A stretch of 64,000 nt of DNA from Planctomycetota bacterium (GTDB taxonomy: Bacteria > Planctomycetota > UBA1135 > UBA2386): the NCBI GenBank assembly GCA_036274315.1, contig DASUFY010000201.1, positions 316 through 64,315 of the forward strand, given 5' to 3'. Below are positions 18,820-28,951 of the stretch, one piece after another. The translations under genes were made by a program, and so were the position numbers. Every line of letters begins with the position of its first letter. The first letter of the stretch is position 1. Below the pieces are notes generated by a model. The model worked only from the letters and a program-made list of their open reading frames with translations. It had not been told where the DNA came from and did no database searches.

Positions 18820-20190
18820 ATGGAAGAGGGCATGGGAACGTACCTTCGATGGCGGATGGTGCGCCTGGCCACGCTCGCCGTGGCCTTCGCGGGCGCCGCC
18901 GCGGCGCAGGAGCCGCTCGTTCGCACCGGCGAGCACTTCGTCGTGCACTTCCACACCAGCAAGCTGCCCGGTGCACTCGCCGCGCGCCTCGCCGACGACG
19001 CGCTGGCCGCCGCGGAGAGCACGTGGCCTGCGATCGACAAGCTGCTGGGGCTGCGTTCGCTGACGCCGCCGGTGCTGCACGTCTACGCCGAGCCCGAGCA
19101 GTTCCGTGCCCTCGAGCAGCAGCATCGCGCCGGACTGCTGCCGGTCGAGTCGTTCGCGTTGCTCGGCTCCGCCGAAGCGCACCTGCTGCTGTGGCCGCAG
19201 CTGTCGCAGAAGGCGCTCGAGATCACGGGGCTTCCCGACACGACGCGCCAGGCGATCATGAGCCGCAGTGCGCAGCTCGCCGCCGCCGCGCATTCGAACG
19301 CGGCCATCGAGGATCCGTGGCTCGCCGAGGTGTTCGGCTACGCCGTGCTCGAAGGCCTCGTCAATCCGAAGCAGGAGTTCGGCATCGAGCCCGCCTACGA
19401 CACGCGGCGCATGTTGCTGCACTACGACTTCGAGCAGCGCAACCCGCGCGAACTGCACGGTACGATCCTCGACTTCGACGAGCCCAAGACGCCGCGCGAG
19501 TCCGAGGCTCAGGAGGAGAACAAGTGCATCATGGCGCAGATGATGGCCGCCAGTGGTGGCACGTGGGCCAAGAAGCTGCTCGGCTCGACGGCGAAGAAGG
19601 GCAGCCCGCGCGTGGTGACGCGCGTCGACGCCGTCGAGAAGGTGCTCGGCACGAAGTGGCTGCGCACCGAGTCGCTGTTCGCGAAGTTGTGCCAGAAGGT
19701 GAAGCCGGTCTGGCGCGAGAGCGCGCCGATGGCGGCGCTGCGCGGCGATCGGCTGCTCGTCGTCGGCGATCCCGACCGCGCCGCGCAGTTCCACGCGCTG
19801 CTGCCGCCGCCCGACGGCGCCTACGCGATCCGCGGCAGGTTCGAGGTCAAGCCGTGCGGCGAGGATTCGTTCCGTCTGCAGATCGATTGGGACGAAAAGA
19901 GCATGATCGGTTGCTGGTTCGGCGTCGGTCGCGTGCGCGTCGAGCGATGGAACATCGGCGGCGACTGGGAGCAGCTCGCCGAGGGCAAGGCGCCGATCCT
20001 CGCGGGCGTGCCGTTCGAGGGTGCCGTCGAGGTCGGCGACACCGTGCGTGTGCTCGTCGACGGCCACGAGTACTGCGCCTGGGAGCGCGGTGACCGCAAG
20101 ATGCACGGCCTGTGGTCGTTCGGGGTCAACGACTGCGTGACCTTCGTCGAGAAGCTGCGCATCGAGCCGCTGCATGCGGCGAAGAAGTGA
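18820..20190 (+). CDS. Secreted protein of unknown function
   Basis: 456 aa with a signal-like MVRLATLAVAFAGAAAAQE near the N-terminus. Composition is balanced (K/E/W/F-rich segments). No family recognised. Confidence 0.7.
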   Translation: MEEGMGTYLRWRMVRLATLAVAFAGAAAAQEPLVRTGEHFVVHFHTSKLPGALAARLADDALAAAESTWPAIDKLLGLRSLTPPVLHVYAEPEQFRALEQQHRAGLLPVESFALLGSAEAHLLLWPQLSQKALEITGLPDTTRQAIMSRSAQLAAAAHSNAAIEDPWLAEVFGYAVLEGLVNPKQEFGIEPAYDTRRMLLHYDFEQRNPRELHGTILDFDEPKTPRESEAQEENKCIMAQMMAASGGTWAKKLLGSTAKKGSPRVVTRVDAVEKVLGTKWLRTESLFAKLCQKVKPVWRESAPMAALRGDRLLVVGDPDRAAQFHALLPPPDGAYAIRGRFEVKPCGEDSFRLQIDWDEKSMIGCWFGVGRVRVERWNIGGDWEQLAEGKAPILAGVPFEGAVEVGDTVRVLVDGHEYCAWERGDRKMHGLWSFGVNDCVTFVEKLRIEPLHAAKK

Positions 20191-20236
20191 GGCGAGTCCG
20201 GCGACAACACCGTCGCCGCGCCGGCCACGGTGCCGC

Positions 20237-21787
20237 ATGACCCGGACCCTGCTCGCGCTCGCCGCCCTGTCGCTGCCGGCGCCGGCGCAGCCACCCGCCC
20301 CGGTGCTCGCGGAGCTGACCGTGGCGGGCCCCGTCGCGTGGCGTTCGCGCCTCGGTCCGACCAACCTCGGCACGATGCTGGCCTCGGCCCAGGCCGAGTC
20401 GATCTGGCGCGGCTACGTCGACGCCGTCGATGCGACGCTGCGCGCCGCGCGCGGCGCGGACCAGGAGTTCCTTGCCGAACGCACGCGCCTGCTCGACTAC
20501 GGCGGCGAGGTCCACGTCGTCGCCTGGCTCGACCAGGCCGAAGACGCGGTGCACCTGCCGCGGTGGTCGGCGGCCGTGATCGCCGGACCCGACGGGCACA
20601 GCGATCTCGCGGCGATGGCCGCGCAGTGCAACGCCTGGCTCGTGCGCGCCGGGGCCTCGGCCGCGACGCGCTGGCTGCAACTCGAACTGAGCCCACCGCG
20701 GCTGCACGACGGACGTCTGATCGCGGTGCTGGCCAGCGCCGAGGACCTCGAGGCGGCGACCCGACGTGCACAGCGCTTCGTCTGCCGCGCGCTCGACGCG
20801 AACAGCGTGCTGCGGCTCGAGGTCGCCCCGCAGGCGGCGTTGGGCCTGCTGCGTGACCGCGCCAGCGAGCGGGACGTCGTCGCGGCGCTGATCGGGCCGG
20901 CCTGCGCGCGTGCGACGCTGGCGATCGGCAGCGTCGGGCCGCGGCTCGTGGTCGACTGTTCGTTCGCGTTCGGCGCCGGCGGACGCGGTGTGCTGCGCGG
21001 CCTGTTGCCGGCGCACGCCAAGGTCGTCGACCTCGCGACGCTGGTCCCCGAGGGCACCGCCACACACTACGCCTGGCCGGTCGACCTGCCGGCCATGTGG
21101 CAGGGCGTCGTCGAGGTCCTCGCCGCGGCCACCGAACGCGGCGTGCCGGCGATGCACGAACGGCTCGTGCAGTGGTTCGGTTGCGATCTCGGCAAGGACG
21201 TCTGGCCGCTGCTCGAACCCGAGGTGCTGCTGCTCTGGCGGCGGCTCGACGCGGCCGAGGCCGACGACCCGGACCTGCTCGCCAACGCGTGCTTCGTGGC
21301 GCGCGTGCGCGACGAGGCGGCGCTCGTCGAGGCGGCGGGTCCGGTGCTCCGGCGCGCCGGGGCGACGTACCAGGTCGGCGAGGACGGCGTGCTCTGGAGC
21401 GAGGACGGCGACTACTCGCTGCGCATCGGCTTCGGCATCGCCTGCGTCGCGTTCGGCGCGCGCGGCCATGCGCAGTGCGAAGCGGTGCTCGACCGCGCCG
21501 CAGCACCTCGGCGACGGAGGGCCGCGGCACAGCACCCGCCCGGCGCACCCGCGGGCTGGAACGCCGAGGGGCGCATGGACGTGACGACGCTCGTCGCGCG
21601 CGACCTCTACGGCTCGCTGCGCTGGTTGCTGTTCGCGTTCGGCGGCGCGCAGCACCTGCCCGAGGTGCTCGAACTGCAGAAGGAGGCAGCGCGCTGGCTG
21701 CCCGTGTTGCGCGAGCACCGGCTCGATTCGGCGCAGACGCTCGGTGGCGTCACGGAGCGCGGTTGGCAGCTGCGCATCCTTTGGTGA
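20237..21787 (+). CDS. Secreted protein of unknown function
   Basis: ORF 20174..21787 trimmed to the ATG at 20237 (MTRTLLALAALSLPAPAQ). Same strand as the previous gene, 46 nt downstream of it. Confidence 0.65.
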   Translation: MTRTLLALAALSLPAPAQPPAPVLAELTVAGPVAWRSRLGPTNLGTMLASAQAESIWRGYVDAVDATLRAARGADQEFLAERTRLLDYGGEVHVVAWLDQAEDAVHLPRWSAAVIAGPDGHSDLAAMAAQCNAWLVRAGASAATRWLQLELSPPRLHDGRLIAVLASAEDLEAATRRAQRFVCRALDANSVLRLEVAPQAALGLLRDRASERDVVAALIGPACARATLAIGSVGPRLVVDCSFAFGAGGRGVLRGLLPAHAKVVDLATLVPEGTATHYAWPVDLPAMWQGVVEVLAAATERGVPAMHERLVQWFGCDLGKDVWPLLEPEVLLLWRRLDAAEADDPDLLANACFVARVRDEAALVEAAGPVLRRAGATYQVGEDGVLWSEDGDYSLRIGFGIACVAFGARGHAQCEAVLDRAAAPRRRRAAAQHPPGAPAGWNAEGRMDVTTLVARDLYGSLRWLLFAFGGAQHLPEVLELQKEAARWLPVLREHRLDSAQTLGGVTERGWQLRILW

Positions 21788-21791
21788 GACC

Positions 21792-21810
21792 CGCGCGGCC
21801 GTGCCGCGCG
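21792..21810 (+). terminator. Candidate stem-loop terminator
   Basis: CGCGCGGC-cgt-GCCGCGCG, a perfect 8-bp stem lying 5 nt after the stop at 21787. Confidence 0.3.
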
Positions 21811-21838
21811 CTGCAGACCGTGCTACCGTTCGCCGTCG

Positions 21839-23077
21839 ATGCCACCGCCCACCGCCGCGCTGCCCGCTGACGCAGGCCTGTTCGCGCGCGGTCGCGGCAA
21901 GGTGCTGCTGTTCTGCTGGCTCGGTTGGGTCTTCGACTTCTACGACCTGATCCTGTTCAGCTTCACGAAGCGCTCGGTCGCCGCCGACCTCGGGCTCGAT
22001 CTCTACGGCGGTGTCGCGTGGATCGAGGGATGGTCGCTGCTCGCGACCGCGGTGGGTGGGTTCGCCTTCGGGCGCGTGGCGGATCGCATCGGGCGGCGGC
22101 AGGCGATGGTGGCGAGCATCGTCGTGTTCTCGGCCGGCGCGCTGCTGACCGGTTGCGCCACAGGCTTCTGGTCGCTGCTGCTGGCGCGCGTCGTCACCGG
22201 GCTCGGCGTCGGCGGCGAGTGGGGCATCGGCCACGCCGTCGTCGCCGATCACTGGTCGGGCAGCCAACGCGACAAGGTGCACGGCATGCTGCAGGCGGGC
22301 AGCCCCGTCGCGATGGCGCTGGCCGCGGCGGTCGGGTGCTTCGTCGTGCCGCTGCCCGGCGTCGGGTGGCGCGCCGTGTTCGTCGGCTCGTCGTTGCTCG
22401 CCGGGCTGGCGCTGGCCGGGCGGTGGTCGATGCCGGGACCGGACCGCGCCGTGGGCGCCGCGGCGCCGCTGCCGGCGCGCGCGTTGTTCGGGCCGCAGCA
22501 CCGGCGCGCGAGCTTCGTGTTGCTCGCGATCCTCACGCTGCACATGGCCGGGTTCTGGTGCGTCTACGCCGAATTGCCCGGTGCGCTGATGCAGCTGCAC
22601 GAGGTGTCGGCCGTGCAGGTCGGTTGGTTCCAGATCCAGGTCAACGCCGTGCACGTGTTCGCCGACGTCGCGTTCGGCTTCCTCGCCGCGCGGCTCGGGC
22701 GGCGCCGCGTGTTCGTCGCGTTCTGCCTCGCCTTCGCGCTGGGCCAGGGGCTCGTGCTGCGGCAGCTCGACACGGTGTCGGCCGACTTCGGCACGTTCAC
22801 GTTCGCGGTCGCCGCGATGGGGCTCGGTGCCGGCACGTGGTCGTGCTTCGGCGCGTTGTTCGCGCAGTACTATCCCGCGGCGCTGCGCGCGACGGCGGCG
22901 GCGTGGTTCTACGCGCTTGCGCGCGGCGTGCAGCTGCCGGTCAAGCCGGCCATCGGTGCGGCGTTCGCGGCGACCCACTCGTTCGCGCCGGCGTTGTGGG
23001 CCGGCATGGCCTTTGCCCTGCTGTCGGCAGCGCTCGTGTTCGCGCTGCCCAGGCGCGACCCGGCGGTCGTTTCCTGA
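21839..23077 (+). CDS. MFS transporter
   Basis: 412 aa with about 12 hydrophobic segments. MFS motif A is present (GRVADRIGRRQAM), plus LARVVTGLGVGGEW. Confidence 0.85.
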   Translation: MPPPTAALPADAGLFARGRGKVLLFCWLGWVFDFYDLILFSFTKRSVAADLGLDLYGGVAWIEGWSLLATAVGGFAFGRVADRIGRRQAMVASIVVFSAGALLTGCATGFWSLLLARVVTGLGVGGEWGIGHAVVADHWSGSQRDKVHGMLQAGSPVAMALAAAVGCFVVPLPGVGWRAVFVGSSLLAGLALAGRWSMPGPDRAVGAAAPLPARALFGPQHRRASFVLLAILTLHMAGFWCVYAELPGALMQLHEVSAVQVGWFQIQVNAVHVFADVAFGFLAARLGRRRVFVAFCLAFALGQGLVLRQLDTVSADFGTFTFAVAAMGLGAGTWSCFGALFAQYYPAALRATAAAWFYALARGVQLPVKPAIGAAFAATHSFAPALWAGMAFALLSAALVFALPRRDPAVVS

Positions 23078-23179
23078 CCACGCGCGGGTCCGGCGTGGAT
23101 GGTTCCTGTCCGCGATGAACCCCCGCTGCACCGGCGCGTTGACCGGCCGGCGGCGAGTGCCGTCCCCTTCCTCTCACTC

Positions 23180-24043
23180 ATGCATCTCCCCACCCCCACG
23201 CTGCTTCTCCCGTTCCTGCTGCTGCCGCTGGCCCTGCCGGGCCAGGTCGTCAATCCCGGCAACCCGCGCGCGCCGGGCGCCGAACCCCAGAACCCGCCCG
23301 TCGTCGTCGAGGGCCGCCGCGTCTCGAACCTGCGCGAGGAAGATCGCATCGGCAGCTACGGGCAGCCGGAGTGGACGTCGCACCGGCGCTTCGCCGAGAC
23401 GCGCGTCTACGTGCGCCCCGAGGGCACGGCCGAGTTCGAGTACTGGGTGATCCCCGAGACGCCGAACGGCGGCGGGCCGACCGAGACCAAGACCCAGTAC
23501 GAGTTCGAGTTCGGCCTGCCCTATCGCTTCCAGCTCGACCTCTACCTGGTGTCGCACCAGGACGGCAACGAAGGTGCGCTCGCCATCGACGAACAGAAGC
23601 TCGAGGTGCGCCACGCGCTCGCCGACTGGGACGTGATCTGGGGCAACCCGACGATCTACCTCGAGTGGGCCGCGATCAACGAGGCGCCCGACCACGTCGA
23701 GGCCAAGCTGCTGCTCGGCGGCGAGGCGGCCGAGAGCTGGCACTGGGGTGCCAACCTCGTGTTCGAACACGAGACCGGCGGTCTGCAGGAGAACGGCTAC
23801 GAGATCACGGCCGGCTTGAGCAAGACGCTCGTCGACCAGCGCTTCTCGTTCGGCGCCGAGGTCAAGGCCGCGTGGATCGACGACAAGACCGACCGCGGCA
23901 ACTACGCCAACGAAGTGCTCGTCGGCCCGAGCCTGCAGTTCCGCCCGGTGCCCAACGCCCACATCGACATCGCGCCGCTGTTCGGCGTGACCGACGATTC
24001 GCCCGACACCAAGATCACGCTGCTGTTCGGTTGGGAGTTCTGA
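23180..24043 (+). CDS. Putative outer-membrane beta-barrel protein
   Basis: ORF 23099..24043 trimmed to the ATG at 23180 (MHLPTPTLLLPFLLLPLALPGQ signal). It has an alternating amphipathic beta pattern and a C-terminal aromatic residue (LLFGWEF). A TonB-like gene follows immediately. Confidence 0.6.
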   Translation: MHLPTPTLLLPFLLLPLALPGQVVNPGNPRAPGAEPQNPPVVVEGRRVSNLREEDRIGSYGQPEWTSHRRFAETRVYVRPEGTAEFEYWVIPETPNGGGPTETKTQYEFEFGLPYRFQLDLYLVSHQDGNEGALAIDEQKLEVRHALADWDVIWGNPTIYLEWAAINEAPDHVEAKLLLGGEAAESWHWGANLVFEHETGGLQENGYEITAGLSKTLVDQRFSFGAEVKAAWIDDKTDRGNYANEVLVGPSLQFRPVPNAHIDIAPLFGVTDDSPDTKITLLFGWEF

Positions 24044-24108
24044 CGAGGAGTTTCCGCCGCCCGCAACCCGTAGCGCCGGGTCCGATCCCGGACGACAATG
24101 CCGCCGCC

Positions 24109-24822
24109 ATGAAAGGTCCCGCGCGAGTGCCCGAGAAGAGCCTGCTGCACGGCCGTGCCTTGCTCGCGTCGGCCCTGGCGCACGGCATCGGCATCGGCTC
24201 GGCGCTCCTGCTGACGGCGGCCGGGGCGGTCGAGGCGCGGTGGAACGGTGCCGAGCGCGCGACGGTGGTCTCGACGATCGAACCCGATCGCTGCGTCGAG
24301 CCGTGTCCGGACGCGAGGTCACCGGCCGACCTGCCGGCGACCGTCGTCGAGCCGGCCCCGCCGCCGCCACCGCTGCCGCAGGCCGTCGAACCGCCGCAGC
24401 CGATGCGCACCGACCTGTTCGCGCGCGCCGAGCCGCCGCCGTGCCCGCCGCGGCCCGTCGACGCGCTCGAGCCTTGCGACTGGCGCACCGCGCTGCGCGT
24501 CGCCGAGCCGCCGCCCGAGGCGCTGCCGCCGCAGCAAGGCGTGCACGCCGAGCCGTCGCCGATCCCGGGCCACAACGCGCCGCCGAAGTACCCGTTCGTC
24601 GCGTGGCGGCGCGGCATCGAGGGCACCGTCGTGATCGAACTCGACATCGATGCGACGGGCGCGGTGACCGCGGCGCGCGTCGAGCAGTCGTCGGGCTCGG
24701 CGCTGCTCGACGACGCGGCGCTGCAGCAGCTGCGCACGTGGGTGTTCTCGCCGGCGCGGGGTCCGCTCGGCTGCGAGGCCTCGCGCTTCCGCCAGGAGGT
24801 CGTCTTCCGCCTGCTCGGCTGA
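24109..24822 (+). CDS. TonB-family energy transducer
   Basis: Real start is the ATG at 24109 inside ORF 23371..24822. It has an N-terminal anchor (ALLASALAHGIGIGSALLLTAAG), a Pro-rich spacer (EPAPPPPPLPQAVEPPQP) and a TonB C-terminal domain (PKYPFVAWRRGIEGTVVIELDIDATGAV...SSGSALLDDAAL). Confidence 0.8.
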   Translation: MKGPARVPEKSLLHGRALLASALAHGIGIGSALLLTAAGAVEARWNGAERATVVSTIEPDRCVEPCPDARSPADLPATVVEPAPPPPPLPQAVEPPQPMRTDLFARAEPPPCPPRPVDALEPCDWRTALRVAEPPPEALPPQQGVHAEPSPIPGHNAPPKYPFVAWRRGIEGTVVIELDIDATGAVTAARVEQSSGSALLDDAALQQLRTWVFSPARGPLGCEASRFRQEVVFRLLG

Positions 24823-24946
24823 GAGCTGCCCGATGCCGCAACGCGGCGTCTCATCAACCGGCGAGACACGCAACCGGCGCCGCCGCGTCGTCTCCTTGGG
24901 CGCGCCTGTCCCGCCCGGCACGAGCTCCGCGTAGCATGCCGCGACG

Positions 24947-26488
24947 ATGATGCGCGCTACGGTGCTGTCGGTGTTGGTGGTGTCGCTGCCGTGCCAGCAG
25001 CCCGTCGCACCCCGCTGGCTCGGCACGCGGTACCTGGCGCGGCTGGCGCCCGCGTCGAGCCTCGCGCCGGTCGGGCTCGCCGGCACGGACCTCGGCGTCA
25101 GCTTCCCGTGTGGCGAGCGGCTCGTGTTCCTGTTCGGCGACTCGTGGACGCTCGACGGCAAGGACTGGGACGTCGACTCCGTCGCGTCGACGCCGCTCGG
25201 GCCGCTGCCCGCCGCGCCGGTGCTCACGTGGTTCCCGCGCGCCGGCGGGCGCTTCCTGCCGCTCGCGCCGACCGGCGTGGCGCTCGGTGGCATGGACGTG
25301 CCCGTCGAGGGGCTCGTCGTGGGGGACCGCACCTACGTGTTCTTCTCGAGCGGCTGGAACCGGCGCGCGGCGCGACACAGCCACTCCGTGCTCGCGCACA
25401 CGAAGGGCACCGACTTCGCCGCGCTCGAGCTCGACCACCGCGTCGCGACCGACAAGTTCGTCAACGTGAGCCTCGTCGCCGATGGCGAACAGCTGTGGAT
25501 CTTCGGCACGGGCGCCTACCGCAAGAGCAGCGTGTTCCTCGCGCGCGTCGCGGCGAACGAGCTCGCGGACCGTTCGGCGTGGCGCTACTGGCCCGGCTTC
25601 ACGGCCGACGAGGCGGCGGCCGCGCCGGTCGTGGCCAGCGACTGCATCGGCGAACTCAGCGTGCGGCGCCTGCCGGGCACCGGCGTGCTGGCGATGACCT
25701 GCAACGCGAGCCTGCCGCGCGGCATCCACCTGCGCACGGCGCCGGCGCCGGGCGGGCCGTGGAGCGATCCGATCGTGATCTTCGACCCGAGCCGCGACCG
25801 CGGCTACGGCCATCGCATGCACCAGAAGAACTCCGCGGTCGGCTACGACGACGGCCTCTCCGAGCCCGGGCGCGAAGAGCAATGGGGTGGCGAATACGGG
25901 TCGTACCTCGTGCCCGAGTGGTGCTCGTCGCCCGCGCCCGGCGTGCAGACGCTCGTGTACACGCTGTCGACGTGGAACCCGTACACGGTGCAGCTCGTGC
26001 AGAGCCACGTCGCGCTCGCGGCGCCGGGCGCGCGCGTCGACTGGGTGCCGCCACCGCGCGCCGCGCCCGCGGCGAAGGCGGGCAGGAAGCTGACGAACGA
26101 GGACTTCGCCAAGGGCGCGCTGACCGGCTGGCACGCCGAGGGGGACGCGTTCGCGACCGTGCGGCGCGACGACGGCGCCTGGTACCTGTGCACCTACACC
26201 GAGGCGCGCGGCGACGCCGCGCGCGGCCGGCTGTGGCAGGACTTCACGGTGCCGCCCGCGGCGCGGGAACTGCGCGGGTTCGTGTTCGGCGGCAGCGAGG
26301 CCGTGCAGCTCTGGCGCGGCGACGAGCTGCTGCGCTCGACGCGCGGTCGCCGGACGAACGACGTCGAGACCGCGTTCCGCTGGACGATCGACGAGTACCG
26401 CGGCGAGCTGCTGCGGCTCGTGGTCGTCGACGACTCGACGGCGCGCTGGGGCTTCGTCAGCGTGCGCGGCATCGAACTGGTCGAGTAG
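24947..26488 (+). CDS. Secreted DUF4185-like beta-propeller protein with an extra C-terminal beta-sandwich-like domain
   Basis: 513 aa. FLFGDSW, WGGEYGSYLVPEW and TLSTWNPYTVQL match my memory of DUF4185 hallmarks. The family call was not verified by a search. Confidence 0.65.
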   Translation: MMRATVLSVLVVSLPCQQPVAPRWLGTRYLARLAPASSLAPVGLAGTDLGVSFPCGERLVFLFGDSWTLDGKDWDVDSVASTPLGPLPAAPVLTWFPRAGGRFLPLAPTGVALGGMDVPVEGLVVGDRTYVFFSSGWNRRAARHSHSVLAHTKGTDFAALELDHRVATDKFVNVSLVADGEQLWIFGTGAYRKSSVFLARVAANELADRSAWRYWPGFTADEAAAAPVVASDCIGELSVRRLPGTGVLAMTCNASLPRGIHLRTAPAPGGPWSDPIVIFDPSRDRGYGHRMHQKNSAVGYDDGLSEPGREEQWGGEYGSYLVPEWCSSPAPGVQTLVYTLSTWNPYTVQLVQSHVALAAPGARVDWVPPPRAAPAAKAGRKLTNEDFAKGALTGWHAEGDAFATVRRDDGAWYLCTYTEARGDAARGRLWQDFTVPPAARELRGFVFGGSEAVQLWRGDELLRSTRGRRTNDVETAFRWTIDEYRGELLRLVVVDDSTARWGFVSVRGIELVE

Positions 26489-26763
26489 CGGGCGCCAGGT
26501 TGGGGGCCCGGCGGGTGGCCGCCGCGGGCCGGGGCAGCGGGCCGGGGCGCGTCTTCTCGCAACGCCGCGCCGCGCCGGGCGCGGTGGCGCCGGACCCGCG
26601 CGACGATCGACCCGAGGCGCGGGCATCGCGCACGATCGCGATGGGTGTGGTTCGCCCGCCGCCCGGGATGCGCGCTTCCTTCGGTTGAGACCGGTGCCTA
26701 CGCTGCGACGCCCTCAGCCGGGCGCCACGCGCGGCGCCGGGCTCCTCGTCCCGTGCAGGCCCG

Positions 26764-27990
26764 ATGAACCACCGCTGGAAGTTGTTCGTGATGATGGTCC
26801 TCCAGTTCTTCATCTGGGGGGCGTGGCTGCCGCCGCTGTTCGGGATCATGCCGGGGCTCGGTTTCTCGGGCACCGAGCAGGCGATGATCGGCAGCAGCTT
26901 CGCGATCGCCTCGATCGTCGGCATCTTCTTCAGCAACCAGTTCGCGGACCGCACGTTCGCGGCCGAGCGCTTCCTCGCCAGCAGCCACCTGATCGGCGGC
27001 CTGGCGATGATCGGGTTGTACTTCACGACCTCGTTCTGGCCGTTCTTCGCGATGATGCTCGTGCACTCGCTCGTCTACGTGCCGACCATCTCGATCACGA
27101 ACTCGCTCGCGTTCGCGAACCTCGACGATGCGCAGAAGGAGTTCGGCCTCGTGCGCATGGGCGGCACGGTCGGCTGGATCCTCGCCGCGTGGCCGCTCTA
27201 CTTCATCCTCGGCGGCTTGACGGGCGAGGAGAAGCTCGCGGCGCAACGGTCGGTGTTCCTCGTCGCCGGCGCGGCAGCGCTGCTGCTCGCGGTGTTCAGC
27301 CTCACGTTGCCGCACACGCCGCCCAAGCCCGCCGCGACGGCCGGCGATCGCTTGGCATGGGCCAAGGCGGCGTCGTTCCTCCGGCACCCGTTCATCGCGG
27401 TCTTGTTTCTGGTGACGCTCGTCGACGCGACGATCCACAACGGCTACTTCGTGATGACGTACCCGTTCCTCGAGAACATCGGCTTCGACGCCGGCAGCGT
27501 GATGCCCGTCATGAGCATCGGCCAGGTCGCCGAGGTGCTGACCATGGCCGCGCTCGGCCTCGCGCTGAAGCGGCTCGGCTGGCGGCTGACGATGATCATC
27601 GGTGTGCTCGGCCACGCGGCGCGGTTCGCGGTCTTCGCGTTCGTGCGCGACCACACGGCGATCGTGCTCGTCCAGGTGCTGCACGGCATCTGCTACGCGT
27701 TCTTCTTCGCGACGGTCTACATCTTCATCGACGTCTACTTCCCCAAGGACGTGCGCACGAGCGCGCAGGGCCTGTTCAACCTGCTCATCCTCGGGCTCGG
27801 CGACCTCGCGGCGAAGTGGCTGTTCGTGCCGCTGACGGCGCACTACACCGATGCCGACGGTGTCGTCGACTACCGGTCGCTGTTCCAGTGGCCGACGGGC
27901 ATGGCGCTCGTGGCGGCCGTCGGGCTCGCGGTCGCGTTCGACCCGCCGGCGGCGAGTGCGGCCGACGAGCCGGCGCCGCTGCCGTTCTGA
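26764..27990 (+). CDS. MFS nucleoside:H+ symporter-family transporter (NupG/YegT-like)
   Basis: 408 aa. The N-terminus MNHRWKLFVMMVLQFFIWGAWLP is typical of the Nuc_H_symport family. It has 12 hydrophobic segments. Confidence 0.8.
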   Translation: MNHRWKLFVMMVLQFFIWGAWLPPLFGIMPGLGFSGTEQAMIGSSFAIASIVGIFFSNQFADRTFAAERFLASSHLIGGLAMIGLYFTTSFWPFFAMMLVHSLVYVPTISITNSLAFANLDDAQKEFGLVRMGGTVGWILAAWPLYFILGGLTGEEKLAAQRSVFLVAGAAALLLAVFSLTLPHTPPKPAATAGDRLAWAKAASFLRHPFIAVLFLVTLVDATIHNGYFVMTYPFLENIGFDAGSVMPVMSIGQVAEVLTMAALGLALKRLGWRLTMIIGVLGHAARFAVFAFVRDHTAIVLVQVLHGICYAFFFATVYIFIDVYFPKDVRTSAQGLFNLLILGLGDLAAKWLFVPLTAHYTDADGVVDYRSLFQWPTGMALVAAVGLAVAFDPPAASAADEPAPLPF

Positions 27991-28033
27991 GCAGGGTTGC
28001 CCGCGGCGCAAAGCGCCGCTGGGCAACCCGCTC
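27989..28033 (+). terminator. Long GC-rich hairpin overlapping the transporter stop codon
   Basis: GAGCAGGGTTGCCC-GCGGCGC-aaa-GCGCCGC-T-GGGCAACCCGCTC. The inner 7-bp stem is perfect and the outer stem of about 13 bp has one bulge. There is no obvious U-tract. Confidence 0.45.
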
Positions 28034-28102
28034 AGGACCTTGCCTCGCGCCTGCGGCGCGACGCTTCGGTTCTGAGTTGCAGAGGGCACCGGCGCGCGGC
28101 GG

Positions 28103-28870
28103 TCAGTTCGCGGCGTCGACGCGATCCCAGAGGTAGACCTCGGTCCGATAGACCATCGTGGCGCGGCCCTGCGCGTCGCGGTGCTCAGCATGCAGCGCGC
28201 GCAGCAGGCCGAGCAGCGTGTCGGTGCGCGGACCCGAACGCGGCACCGTCGAGGTGCTCATCGCCCTGCCGAGCAGTTCCTCTTGGGTCAGCGGGTGCGC
28301 GTTCCGGAACGTCAGCGCGCGCAGGCCGGTGAAACGGCCGGTGGCCGCGACCGTCTCGGGATCGAACGTGCTGCGTTCGGCGGGGGCGTCGCCGTCGATG
28401 GCCTCGAGCGCGGCGCGGTAGCCGAGCGTGAACGCGTCTTCGCGGCTGCGTTTGTTCCAGAGGATCGCGAGCCGGCCGCGCGGGCGCAGCACGCGCTGGA
28501 ACTCGCGCAGCGCGACATCGCCCGCGAACCAGTGGTAGGCCTGCGCCACCGTGACGAGGTCGCAGCTGCCGGCCGGCAGCGTGCTCGCCTCGGCGGTGCC
28601 GTCGATCCAGGTCACGTTCGGATGCGCGAGCGCCGCGCCGCGCATCTCGGCGTTGGGCTCGACCGCGAACACGCGCGCGCCTCGATCGGCGAACAGGCGC
28701 GTCGAGATGCCGGTGCCGGCGGCGACGTCGGCGACGACCAGCCCCGACGGCGGGGACAGGCCGGCGAGGATCGCGTCGATCGCGGCGTCCGGATAGCTCG
28801 GGCGGAAGCGCGCGTAGTCGCTGGCCCGGTCGTGGAAGCGTCGCGTCGGGTGGTCGTCGAGAGGTTCCAT
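28103..28870 (-). CDS. Class I SAM-dependent methyltransferase
   Basis: ORF trimmed to the ATG at 28870 (MEPLDDHPTRRF). Motif I is VADVAAGTGIST. LVTVAQAYHWF and LRPRGRLAILW are typical of Methyltransf_11-type enzymes. Confidence 0.85.
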   Translation of the reverse strand: MEPLDDHPTRRFHDRASDYARFRPSYPDAAIDAILAGLSPPSGLVVADVAAGTGISTRLFADRGARVFAVEPNAEMRGAALAHPNVTWIDGTAEASTLPAGSCDLVTVAQAYHWFAGDVALREFQRVLRPRGRLAILWNKRSREDAFTLGYRAALEAIDGDAPAERSTFDPETVAATGRFTGLRALTFRNAHPLTQEELLGRAMSTSTVPRSGPRTDTLLGLLRALHAEHRDAQGRATMVYRTEVYLWDRVDAAN

Positions 28871-28951
28871 GGCGCGCGAGCGTAGCGTCGCGCGCGGCCG
28901 CGTCACGCGCACGCCGGTGCCGCGCGAGCTGCCTCGCTCGCGGGCGCCCCG

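Noticed and set aside
26489-26763. A 275-bp GC-rich leader upstream of the nucleoside transporter, examined for a purine, 2'-dG, ZTP or guanidine riboswitch.
   Set aside because: I could not find the conserved cores of those riboswitch classes by eye. A covariance-model scan (Rfam/Infernal) would be needed before making any claim.
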